DNA from: a virus
Direction: 5' to 3' (one strand)
Length of the DNA stretch: 64,000 nt
Virus record (IMG/VR): IMGVR_UViG_3300032267_000592
Span: 21,667-85,666 of that record
The notes below the pieces were generated by a model that ran no database searches, was not told where the DNA came from, and saw nothing but the letters and a program-made list of their open reading frames with translations. Every line of letters starts with the position of its first letter. Within the stretch, counting starts at the first letter, position 1. The position numbers and the translations under genes are program-made. Of this stretch, positions 49,919-58,757 are shown in pieces.

Positions 49919-51118
49919 TTAAAACCCAAATCCTATTCTGTTTTCTTCTTTTTTAGTTTCTCCCATTTCGGTTTTCTTTGTTAGATTATAAATTTCAGCG
50001 ATTACCATCTTTTTTGTAATGTTTTCCTCTATTTCTTTTTTGGAGAACCCAAGATGCTTTGCGAGTTTCTTGGCATCTTCGATTTCCAACGGACCAAATT
50101 CATAATCAACTTGCAATCTACCCTTTCTCCTTAATGCCTCATCAATATCTTGTTTTGGGCAATTGTATGTTAAAATCAAAGGACATTTGAGAATATCCCC
50201 AAGAATACCATCCGACAAATTAAGAAGCGATGTAACCGCAGAAGAATCATAATTATCACCCATTCTCTTTACAATAGTTTTCTCCGCATCCTCCAGAATA
50301 AGGACTGAGTTTTTCTTTTGAAGTAGAGAAGAAAGAGTGCTTGGATTATTAACAAAAGATTCAATCATTGTGGCAGGAATATAAATGAAATCTTTGTTAA
50401 CTTTGGTAGTAAGATACTTCAAGAAAGTACTCTTACCAGCACCGGGCGCACCATGAAACATGTACAATCCTTTATCCTGCGTACTCAATCTTTCGACTAT
50501 TTGTTTTTCTACATCTAAGAATTTTTTACCATAGTTTAATTCTATGTTTATGTCATCAGGCATAGACATTTTAATTGGTTCAAAGACGTATTCATCATAT
50601 CTATTCTTAACGAAAAGATGTATCTTGGATGAATCTGAAACTTCAATAAATGATTCAAAATCTTTCAATGGAAGATTTTTAGTATCAGAAGTGTAAATCA
50701 TAACCATTTCATATGTTTTATCTATATTATTTTTTAATCTTTCATTTAAAGATTCCTCTCCTATAGCATGTACCTCACCATTCATATCAGTGAAAGTTAC
50801 ATTGCTAATATCCGAATTTTTAACCATCAATTTTACATATATATCTTTATATGAAAATAAAATAGAACCACCCTTAAATGATTCACTATCATTTAATAAC
50901 AATTTCAATTTACCAGAACAAGAACTAAAAATAAATTCACCTCTTTCCAACAAAAAACTCAAAATACTAGATTTGAATGTTTCATCTATATACAAAAAAC
51001 ATGGAGGATATTTAGAATATGTGCTTATATATCTAGCAATTGGAAATTCGTTTCCATTATCATGGTTGATGTAAAAATCGGTTAAATCTGTTTGGAGTGT
51101 TTTTCTTGGATTAAACAT
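49919..51118 (-). CDS. AAA+ ATPase
   Basis: Walker A GAPGAGKS, Walker B LILEDAE, LLNLSDG, DEALRRKGR and C-terminal RIGF. Confidence 0.9.
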   Translation of the reverse strand: MFNPRKTLQTDLTDFYINHDNGNEFPIARYISTYSKYPPCFLYIDETFKSSILSFLLERGEFIFSSCSGKLKLLLNDSESFKGGSILFSYKDIYVKLMVKNSDISNVTFTDMNGEVHAIGEESLNERLKNNIDKTYEMVMIYTSDTKNLPLKDFESFIEVSDSSKIHLFVKNRYDEYVFEPIKMSMPDDINIELNYGKKFLDVEKQIVERLSTQDKGLYMFHGAPGAGKSTFLKYLTTKVNKDFIYIPATMIESFVNNPSTLSSLLQKKNSVLILEDAEKTIVKRMGDNYDSSAVTSLLNLSDGILGDILKCPLILTYNCPKQDIDEALRRKGRLQVDYEFGPLEIEDAKKLAKHLGFSKKEIEENITKKMVIAEIYNLTKKTEMGETKKEENRIGFGF

Positions 51119-51124
51119 AAAAAT

Positions 51125-51153
51125 ATACTAATCTTGTTTCTAAAAATATGCAA
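51125..51153 (-). promoter_or_regulatory. sigma70-type promoter of the AAA ATPase
   Basis: TTGCAT-N17-TAGTAT, ending 6 nt before ATG 51118. Confidence 0.55.
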
Positions 51154-51172
51154 TCAAAAAATAAATATATAT

Positions 51173-51541
51173 GTGAAAACTTTAACCAAAAAACAAATCG
51201 AAGAAATACATGAAAAATGCGTAAAATTGGTTAAACGGAAACCCGCAGAATTTTTCAATTTAAGAAAAATGAACAAATATGAAGGATCTTGTAATTGGAC
51301 AGATTTAGAAATAGATTACAGAAGAGAATTATTGTCAACTGCTTATCATGAATGTGTTCACTATATTTTTCCAGATTATTCGGAAAGTATGGTGAAATAT
51401 ATAGAAAGTAGAATAGTAAACGTTTGTGAACCATTAGATTTAGCATATTTTTTAAAAATACTATCCAACAAGTTATATAAATCCGAACTACAGAAACGAA
51501 TATCTAACACTAAAAAACCTTTGACTTCTAGAAAAAAATAG
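51173..51541 (+). CDS. small HExxH (zincin-like) protein
   Basis: TAYHECVH followed by E; probable GTG start at 51173 after ATAAATA. Confidence 0.55.
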   Translation: MKTLTKKQIEEIHEKCVKLVKRKPAEFFNLRKMNKYEGSCNWTDLEIDYRRELLSTAYHECVHYIFPDYSESMVKYIESRIVNVCEPLDLAYFLKILSNKLYKSELQKRISNTKKPLTSRKK

Positions 51542-51576
51542 AAGATACTTGATGAGTATTCACTAAATATAACACT

Positions 51577-52551
51577 ATGATTTTCGAAGAACAAATATCG
51601 CGCAAACCAAACAATTATCCTTGGACAGAAAAATTTATTGAAAGTATGCACAATGGATTTTGGACAGATAAAGAGTTTTCATTTAAGTCTGATGTTCAAC
51701 AATTTAAAGTTAGTTTAACAGATCAAGAACGAGAAATAATAATACGAACATTATCTGCAATCGGACAAATTGAAATTGCCGTAAAATCTTTTTGGTCAAA
51801 GCTTGGTGAGAATCTCCCACACCCATCACTACAAGACTTGGGGTACGTTATGGCTAATACAGAAGTCATCCATAATAATGCTTATGAGCGCCTAATTTCA
51901 ACTCTTGGACTGGAAGATGTATTTGAAAATAATCTAAAATTAGATTGGATTCAAGGTAGAGTCAAATATCTCAAAAAATATACCCACCGCTATTATAAAG
52001 ATTCAAAGAAACAATATGTTTATGCATTGACTCTTTTTACTTTATTTGTTGAAAATGTTTCTCTGTTTTCTCAATTCTATGTAATCAATTGGTTTGCTCG
52101 TTTTAAAAATGTTCTTAAAGATACGGATCAACAAGTAAAATATACACGAAACGAAGAAAATATTCATGGTATGGTGGGTGCTCAAATTATTAACACCATT
52201 AGAGAAGAATATCCAGAATTGTTTGATGATGAATTTGTAAAAAAAATTATTGCCGAAGCTAAAGAAGCATATGAAGCAGAAGCAAAAATTATAGATTGGA
52301 TGATAAATGGAATTAAAGAAGATGGTCTTAGTGCTGTTATTCTTAAAGAATTTGTTAAAAATAGAATCAATGAATCCCTTAAAATGATTGGATTTCCTGC
52401 TGCATTTGAGATTGACAAAGATATTATATCGTCTACAATGTGGTTTACAGAGGAATTATTGGGAAACAATATGGTTGATTTTTTTAGTTCCAGACCCACA
52501 GAATACTCTAAAAAATCACAATGTTTTGATGAAGACGCATTATTCGGTTAA
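51577..52551 (+). CDS. nrdB: ribonucleotide reductase class I beta subunit (class Id/NrdBi-like)
   Basis: Metal ligands QIEIAVK, EVIH..AY, ENVSLFSQF and EENIH; C-terminal DFFSSRPTEY. Confidence 0.95.
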   Translation: MIFEEQISRKPNNYPWTEKFIESMHNGFWTDKEFSFKSDVQQFKVSLTDQEREIIIRTLSAIGQIEIAVKSFWSKLGENLPHPSLQDLGYVMANTEVIHNNAYERLISTLGLEDVFENNLKLDWIQGRVKYLKKYTHRYYKDSKKQYVYALTLFTLFVENVSLFSQFYVINWFARFKNVLKDTDQQVKYTRNEENIHGMVGAQIINTIREEYPELFDDEFVKKIIAEAKEAYEAEAKIIDWMINGIKEDGLSAVILKEFVKNRINESLKMIGFPAAFEIDKDIISSTMWFTEELLGNNMVDFFSSRPTEYSKKSQCFDEDALFG

Positions 52552-52562
52552 TTATTTTTTAA

Positions 52563-52985
52563 ATGGATATATCAGTAATAAAAAAAGCAATTTCTTCGGA
52601 AATTAAAAAAACTTTATATGGATGTTTTTGTTTTGAGTGTGGAAGTAAAAAAGAATTACACCAACATCACGTAATTCCTAAAAGCTTGGGTGGTATGAAT
52701 ACGATCTCTCTTTGTTCGAAATGTCATTCAAAAATACATAATCTGAATTTTAGAGATCATAGCATTTTAATAAAAAAAGGATTGGAAAAATCAAAACAAG
52801 CTGGTATTATCTTAGGAAGACCTAAAAACAGTGGATATTCCGATAATGAAGTATTAGATAAACATAATGATGTTTTATCGGAATTAAAAATGGGTTGCAG
52901 TATTAGAAAAACTGCTAAAAAATTAAATAAAGGAACTTCGACAGTACAGAGAGTTAAAAGACTCTTAAATAAAAATAATTTATGA
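52563..52985 (+). mobile_element. HNH endonuclease with resolvase-type HTH (free-standing homing endonuclease)
   Basis: CFECG...HHVIPKSLGG.NTISLCSKCHSKIH, then GLEKSKQAGIILGRP and HTH SIRKTAKKLNKGTSTV; sits between nrdB and nrdA. Confidence 0.8.
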
Positions 52986-54634
52986 CAAACAAATACGAAT
53001 GGCTAAACAAAGACTCACGAAAATTTCTCGAAAGAGGTTATTTGTTAGAGGGAGAAACAGCAGAACAAAGAATTAGAGATATTGCAGAAACAGCAGAAAA
53101 ATATTTAAATTCAGAAGGATTTGCTGATAAATTTGAAGATTATATGTCTAGAGGATTTTTTTCCTTATCAAGCCCAATCTGGTCAAATTTCGGAAGAAAG
53201 AGAGGTCTTCCAATCTCATGCTTTGGTTCATACATTCCAGACACTATGGAAGGAATCATGGAAAAGGTTTCGGAAACCGCTGTGATGACAAAACATGGTG
53301 GTGGAACATCTGCTTATTTTGGTGGGCTTCGTGGAAGAGGAACTCCAATTTCGTCTGGTGGAGAATCTACGGGTTCTGTACATTTCATGGAGTTGTTTGA
53401 TAAACTAATGAATGTTGTTTCTCAAGGAAATGTTCGCAGGGGGTCGTTTGCTGCATATCTCCCAATTGATCATCCAGACATTGAAGAGTTTTTAAAAATC
53501 AAATCTGAAGGATGTGACATCCAAGATATATCAATCGGAGTATCAGTTTCGGATGAATGGATGAAAAAAATGATTGATGGTGATAAAAACGCTCGTAAAA
53601 TTTGGGTTCTTGTTATCAAGAAGCGTTTTGAATCTGGTTATCCGTATATTTTCTTTAGTGATAATGCTAACAACCAAGCACCACAAATTTATAAAGATAA
53701 AGGAATTAAGATTAATAATTCCAATCTTTGTTCAGAAATTATGCTTTCTAATTCGGAAGATGAATCTTTCGTGTGCGATCTTTCTTCTCTAAATTTAGAA
53801 ACATGGGAAGAATGGACTTGTGATACTGTTGAAGTTTTAGTTTATTTCTTGGATGCTGTAATGTCGGAATTTATTGAAAAAACTGAAGGGATGAAGTTCA
53901 TGGAAGCACCTAGAAAGTTTGCTATGAATCAAAGAGCATTAGGGGTTGGTGTTTTAGGTTGGCATTCTTTGTTACAATCCAAGATGATTGGATTTGAATC
54001 AATGGAAGCAAAGATGCTAAACAATCAAATTTGGGGAGATATTAGAAAACGTGCTGACTATGCGACAAGGTTTTTAGCACAAAATTTTGGAAATGCTCCG
54101 ATTTACGAAGGAACTGAATATACGAGAAGAAACACAACGACTCTTGCAGTTGCTCCCACCACATCATCTAGTTTTATTCTTGGGCAAGTATCTCCTAGTA
54201 TCGAACCATTGAATAGTAACTATTATGTTCGAGATTTGGCTAAAGGTAAGTTTACATATAAAAATCCTTATCTAAAAAAACTATTGAAAATAAAAAATCA
54301 AGATAATGATGAAATTTGGAAATCGATATTAATTCGCGGTGGTTCTGTTCAACATTTAGAATTTCTTTCTGAACACGAAAGAGATGTATTTAAAACGTTT
54401 GAAGAAACCTCACAAAAAGAAATTATAATACAAGCAGCATCTCGTCAGCGTTATATTGATCAAGGTCAAAGTTTAAATATGTTAATCCCAGCAGGAACAC
54501 CACCAAAAGCAGTTAATGAATTGATTATATTTGCATGGGAACAAGGAATTAAAAGTCTTTATTATCAAAGATCAACAAATCCGGCTCAGACTTTAGCCAG
54601 AAATATAATGACTTGCAAAAGTTGTGAAGGTTAA
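52982..54634 (+). CDS. nrdA: ribonucleotide reductase class I alpha subunit, no ATP cone
   Basis: PISCF, GGGTS, RRGS, SNLCSE, VCDL, APTTSSS, DQGQS, KSLYYQR and C-terminal CKSC motifs. Confidence 0.97.
   Translation: MTNKYEWLNKDSRKFLERGYLLEGETAEQRIRDIAETAEKYLNSEGFADKFEDYMSRGFFSLSSPIWSNFGRKRGLPISCFGSYIPDTMEGIMEKVSETAVMTKHGGGTSAYFGGLRGRGTPISSGGESTGSVHFMELFDKLMNVVSQGNVRRGSFAAYLPIDHPDIEEFLKIKSEGCDIQDISIGVSVSDEWMKKMIDGDKNARKIWVLVIKKRFESGYPYIFFSDNANNQAPQIYKDKGIKINNSNLCSEIMLSNSEDESFVCDLSSLNLETWEEWTCDTVEVLVYFLDAVMSEFIEKTEGMKFMEAPRKFAMNQRALGVGVLGWHSLLQSKMIGFESMEAKMLNNQIWGDIRKRADYATRFLAQNFGNAPIYEGTEYTRRNTTTLAVAPTTSSSFILGQVSPSIEPLNSNYYVRDLAKGKFTYKNPYLKKLLKIKNQDNDEIWKSILIRGGSVQHLEFLSEHERDVFKTFEETSQKEIIIQAASRQRYIDQGQSLNMLIPAGTPPKAVNELIIFAWEQGIKSLYYQRSTNPAQTLARNIMTCKSCEG
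54503..54634 (+). repeat. nrdA 3' end, copy 1 of a diverged 132-nt direct repeat
   Basis: Encodes PKAVNELIIFAWEQGIKSLYYQRSTNPAQTLARNIMTCKSCEG*; the second copy is at 55358-55489. Confidence 0.9.
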
Positions 54635-54648
54635 GTGTAAGTATTATC

Positions 54649-55356
54649 ATGAGAAATGATACCTTAACAACGGAAATTTTTATTAAAAAAGCATATATTA
54701 AACATAATAACACATATGATTATTCTAAAACAGAATATAAAGGTAGAAAAGAAAAATTAATAATAATATGTAAAATTCACGGAGAATTTGAACAACGAGC
54801 GGGAAATCATTTACAAGGACAAGGTTGTAAATTATGTGGGCTTAAAAACATGTCCGAAAAAATAAAAATTTGGAATAAAGATGATGATACGTTTATAAAA
54901 GAAAATTATTTAAAAATTGGAGCACCTTATTGTGCCAAAGTTTTAAATAAAACTTTAAATTCAATTTATCATAGAGTTAGAATTTTAAAAATAAAGAAAA
55001 ACTCTAAAAAATTAAATCATCCGTTTATTTCTGGTAAAATATGGTCTAATCTGGTAGCAAACTCTAAAAATAGAAAATTAAATCTAAAGATAACACCAGA
55101 TGACATTTATCAAAAATTTTTACAGCAAAATAAGAAATGCGCTTTGAGCGGTTTAGATATATCTTTAACATTTGATACAAAAACTAATACAGCTTCTGTA
55201 GATAGAATAGACTCTAAACAACATTATACTAAAGATAATATACAGATAGTCCACAAAATAATAAATCAATGCAAAATGGATTTAAATGATTCTGATTTTT
55301 ATAAATTTTGCAAATCAGTTTATTTCAACTTAAAAGAAAAATATGAAAATAAATAA
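54649..55356 (+). mobile_element. putative homing endonuclease (zinc ribbon plus HNH-like nuclease)
   Basis: YDYSK...IICKIHGEFEQ...HLQGQGCKLC; C-terminal QNKKCALSG...SVDRIDS...YTKDNIQIV...N..K; GTAAGTA 5 nt upstream. Confidence 0.8.
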
Positions 55357-55489
55357 ACCAAAAGATGTAAATGAACTTATGATTTTTGCTTGGGAACAAG
55401 GAATTAAGTCTTTATATTATCAACGCAGTGCAAATCCCGCACAAGAACTTGCAAGATCTATAATGACATGTAAATCATGTGAAGCGTAA
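55343..55489 (+). pseudogene. duplicated nrdA C-terminal fragment (intact 48-aa ORF; remnant or expressed peptide)
   Basis: MKINK-PKDVNELMIFAWEQGIKSLYYQRSANPAQELARSIMTCKSCEA*; 37/43 aa identical to the NrdA C-terminus by manual alignment; absent from the ORF track. Confidence 0.85.
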
Positions 55490-55534
55490 CTTATAATATT
55501 TGTTAAATAAAAAGATAAGTATAAATTAAATATC

Positions 55535-56074
55535 ATGTATTCAAATCAAAAAGATCAAATTAGTTTAGAAGAAGCTTATAGGAATGTTCATAATGACACT
55601 ATAAACGAAGATGCAAACGAGACTATAGGCGGTAGTATCCTTTACGGCACTTTGCTTCTTCCCATTCTTATAGATTATTTAGCTAAAAAATACCCACAAG
55701 TTGGTCAAAAATTATCTAGTATTAAAGATTATTTGAAAAATAAAATTTCTAGCGATGAAACATTAAATACAAAAAAACAAAACGCAGATGAACATGGGGG
55801 AGAAGGCGCTACGGATTATTACAATGATTTAAATAAAAAAATAGCAATGAATATAAAAGATGATCAAACATTTAGAAGTGCTATAGACAATGCTTATGAA
55901 AAGACCATATTACAAGATATAGTTAATCTTTTACCTAAAAATTTAACAAATAAAAATGAGCAACAAGCTAAAATAGAATTAAATAAAAACATACAGCAAG
56001 ATGTTGCCACAAAAACACAAGATCAGAAAAGAAAAGAAATGGGACTTCCACCCGTACCAACAATCAGAGGATAA
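55535..56074 (+). CDS. hypothetical late protein (putative head-internal)
   Basis: KDQISLEEAY N-terminus shared with ORF 48863-49105; one hydrophobic segment; ATAAGTA upstream. Confidence 0.65.
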   Translation: MYSNQKDQISLEEAYRNVHNDTINEDANETIGGSILYGTLLLPILIDYLAKKYPQVGQKLSSIKDYLKNKISSDETLNTKKQNADEHGGEGATDYYNDLNKKIAMNIKDDQTFRSAIDNAYEKTILQDIVNLLPKNLTNKNEQQAKIELNKNIQQDVATKTQDQKRKEMGLPPVPTIRG

Positions 56075-56077
56075 TAT

Positions 56078-56221
56078 ATGGCAGGAAAAGGTGATAAACC
56101 AAGACCAGTAAACAAAAAAATATATAATAGCAATTACGACGATATTAATTTTGAATTAAATCAAAAAAGTAATCAAATGGAAATAAAAAATAAAAACGGC
56201 AAAAAAACATATAAATATTAA
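56078..56221 (+). CDS. small hypothetical protein (47 aa)
   Basis: MAGKGDKPRPVNKKIYNSNYDDINF...; fills the intergenic gap; below the ORF-track cutoff. Confidence 0.6.
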   Translation: MAGKGDKPRPVNKKIYNSNYDDINFELNQKSNQMEIKNKNGKKTYKY

Positions 56222-56236
56222 TATAATTTTTATTTA

Positions 56237-56425
56237 ATGAAAAAAATAGAAACTTGTATATTTAAAGAAAATGATACATTTTTTTTAGATTTGTTAAAAT
56301 GGAAATCAATTTCAGATATTGAAATAGAAAATAATGATATTTTCAATTTTAGTTTTGAAAATAAATCATATAAAGTTAAAGTTATTAGCATCACCAACTA
56401 TGAAGCAAAATTGAAATTAATCTAA
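56237..56425 (+). CDS. hypothetical protein
   Basis: 62-aa co-oriented ORF. Confidence 0.5.
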   Translation: MKKIETCIFKENDTFFLDLLKWKSISDIEIENNDIFNFSFENKSYKVKVISITNYEAKLKLI

Positions 56426-56440
56426 TTTCATATTTTTTTT

Positions 56441-56448
56441 TATAAATA
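56441..56448 (+). promoter_or_regulatory. T4 late promoter
   Basis: Exact TATAAATA, 9 nt before ATG 56458. Confidence 0.65.
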
Positions 56449-56457
56449 TTAGTTAAC

Positions 56458-58572
56458 ATGGCTTATCTTTTAACTAATAATATATCAGCAGAACCTATAA
56501 ATTGCAATGTAGGTTATAACAATTCTTGGTTAAAGGTAGATAATAATGCAGGTAGAAATCTATATGCACAAGCATCATACATAACAAACTTTAAAGACAT
56601 AAATATAAGTTTGTCGGCTTCGGATGTTGATATTGGATCGGTTCACATCCAAGACCCAACCACAGGTTTAAAGGCTGATGTTGTGTCAGTTGGAATCGGA
56701 ATGGGAGCATTGAGGGTAATAACTCAAGATTTGGAATCAAAGGAAGATGATGTATCTATAGGTGATAGACTTGGTAATTTTGCAGCCGTATATCCAACAC
56801 TAAGCGCACTTAAAGTTTACAATACAAATCCTATATCTTCTGTAGATATAACAAATATTGTTACGGTAAAGTCATCTAATACATTTCCAATATCTGGATC
56901 TGTAACTGTTTTAAATCCAATTACAAGCATCAACATCACTAATCCTTCTTTTACAATTTCTAATTCTTCAATTGAAATTTCAAATGATGTTGGGAATCCG
57001 GTTCCGGTTTCATTCACATCTTCCATTTCAACAACACCAATTGGTACTCAAAATGTAACATATGCAGATTCTGTTTATATAGATGAGTCGAGCAGACTTA
57101 GAGTTGCTACACCACAAACTCAATGGTGGTTTGTGGCGACCGTCGATAAAGATGGAGATTTAAGATATAACGAATCTTTTGTAGCGGGCGCTTCTTCTAT
57201 CTTTGTTCAGAATCTTGCAAGTGTTAATATGACATCTAATACGACGAGTGTTAGTGGTCAAGCAATACGAGCATCAAGAAGAAGACATAAGATTATACCC
57301 GGTCTTTCACATGAATATACTGGCGTTTGGAATTGGGACGGACAACAAGCAAATACCGTAAAGCGAATTGGTATCTTTACTCAATTTAATGGTTACTTTT
57401 TTGAATTGTCTGGAACAAATGCAATGAATGCAGTTGTTCGCAGAAGATTACCAGACGGAACCTTAGTTGAGGAAAGAGTAAATCAAACTGAATGGAATGG
57501 AGATAGGCTTGATGGAAGCGGTCCAAGCGCAGAAAACTGGAACGCCTTAACACAAACTGCTGCAATTACTGGATGGGTTTCAACGACAACAGTTACCCCG
57601 CAAAATGCTATTCCGATGTATAATGTTGTATATGGACTATCGGCTGGACAGGTTCAAAACTTTAGACAAGGAACAAAGGCAACAATAACTGGTATTACTC
57701 CATCTGGACATAATGCCGTTGCTACAGTTGCTAAGACTGATACAGCAACAAATAGACTTACTGCAACTTATTTGTTCAATCCGGGTGCTTCTGTTAGTAA
57801 TATAAACAGTGCTTCAATGACACAAACCGGATATCATATGCAACACACCTATTGGATTGATTTCATGGGTGGCAGAACAAATAGAATTCGTTTTGGTAAA
57901 GCATCTGATTATGGAAAGATAGTTCTTCATACATTTAGATTTGATGGTCTTCTTGGAACAGCATATGAAAATGCTCCAACATTAACAGAAAGAAAAGAAA
58001 TTTATAATATTGGTACTCCTACATCATTCCCGAGTTTTACTGTAATGGGAAATTCTTTCAACGTAGAAGCAGCAGTTGATATTACACCAAATTTTAATGT
58101 AGCAAGAAATAATACCGGTATTACTTTTGATACTGCGGATGAATTTCCAATTTTAGGTTTAGCTCTTCGTGCAGGAGAACCATATCAAAGAGCAGATATT
58201 CAACTCCAAAATTTGTATATTATGGATATTGCAAACATGGATAACAACAACAATAAAGCATGTTTTTCTTGGAGAGTTGTTTTAAATCCATCAATTCAAG
58301 GAACAATACCAGCATCAACAAATATTGGAAAGGCGTCTAGACAATGGCAATATACCACAGCAAATAGTGTATCCGGTGGAATTGATTTAATTGGTGGGTA
58401 TGGTGTATCCACTTTAACTGAAAATTTTCCAACAGCTTTGAACTTCATTAATATGGGATCTAATATCGACAATACGGATTCCGATAAGATTGTAGTTGTT
58501 GCAAAGCTCCTCAACAAAGGAACAGCTAATTCTGATTTAGTTGCTACAATGAATTTTATTGAAGCATTGTAA
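56458..58572 (+). CDS. virion structural protein (fibre/appendage-like, beta-rich)
   Basis: 704 aa, Thr/Ser/Asn/Gly-rich; ISNDVGNPVPVS stalk-like region; late promoter upstream. Confidence 0.6.
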   Translation: MAYLLTNNISAEPINCNVGYNNSWLKVDNNAGRNLYAQASYITNFKDINISLSASDVDIGSVHIQDPTTGLKADVVSVGIGMGALRVITQDLESKEDDVSIGDRLGNFAAVYPTLSALKVYNTNPISSVDITNIVTVKSSNTFPISGSVTVLNPITSINITNPSFTISNSSIEISNDVGNPVPVSFTSSISTTPIGTQNVTYADSVYIDESSRLRVATPQTQWWFVATVDKDGDLRYNESFVAGASSIFVQNLASVNMTSNTTSVSGQAIRASRRRHKIIPGLSHEYTGVWNWDGQQANTVKRIGIFTQFNGYFFELSGTNAMNAVVRRRLPDGTLVEERVNQTEWNGDRLDGSGPSAENWNALTQTAAITGWVSTTTVTPQNAIPMYNVVYGLSAGQVQNFRQGTKATITGITPSGHNAVATVAKTDTATNRLTATYLFNPGASVSNINSASMTQTGYHMQHTYWIDFMGGRTNRIRFGKASDYGKIVLHTFRFDGLLGTAYENAPTLTERKEIYNIGTPTSFPSFTVMGNSFNVEAAVDITPNFNVARNNTGITFDTADEFPILGLALRAGEPYQRADIQLQNLYIMDIANMDNNNNKACFSWRVVLNPSIQGTIPASTNIGKASRQWQYTTANSVSGGIDLIGGYGVSTLTENFPTALNFINMGSNIDNTDSDKIVVVAKLLNKGTANSDLVATMNFIEAL

Positions 58573-58601
58573 AACATATTAACATAAAGATAAATAATGT
58601 T

Positions 58602-58757
58602 ATGAAATATTATACTAACAGAACATATAAAGATTGTTTTACGGTGGAAGTTGATAAAGTAATTAAAGATACAGAAAAAAAACCCATCATTAAAAATGAT
58701 GGGTTTGATTTAAAACAAAAGTTTTTAACTTTTTTTAATATTTTTAAAAAAAGTTAA
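58602..58757 (+). CDS. small hypothetical protein (51 aa)
   Basis: MKYYTNRTYKDCF...; GATAAATA upstream; below the ORF-track cutoff. Confidence 0.4.
   Translation: MKYYTNRTYKDCFTVEVDKVIKDTEKKPIIKNDGFDLKQKFLTFFNIFKKS
58675..58706 (-). terminator. intrinsic terminator for the metallophosphoesterase gene
   Basis: AAACCCATCATT-AAA-AATGATGGGTTT inverted repeat with a T run on the minus strand. Confidence 0.7.

Noticed and set aside
12460-54634. Inteins in PolB, helicase, terminase or RNR; tRNA genes
   Set aside because: Protein lengths are normal with no intein-like insertions, and intergenic gaps are short, AT-rich and lack cloverleaf motifs by eye (tRNAscan not run).
54634-55489. Group I intron or split nrdA
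   Set aside because: The upstream nrdA is complete, with YY, CxxC and a stop. There is no non-coding room for an intron core (14 nt before the nuclease, none after), so no splicing is needed.
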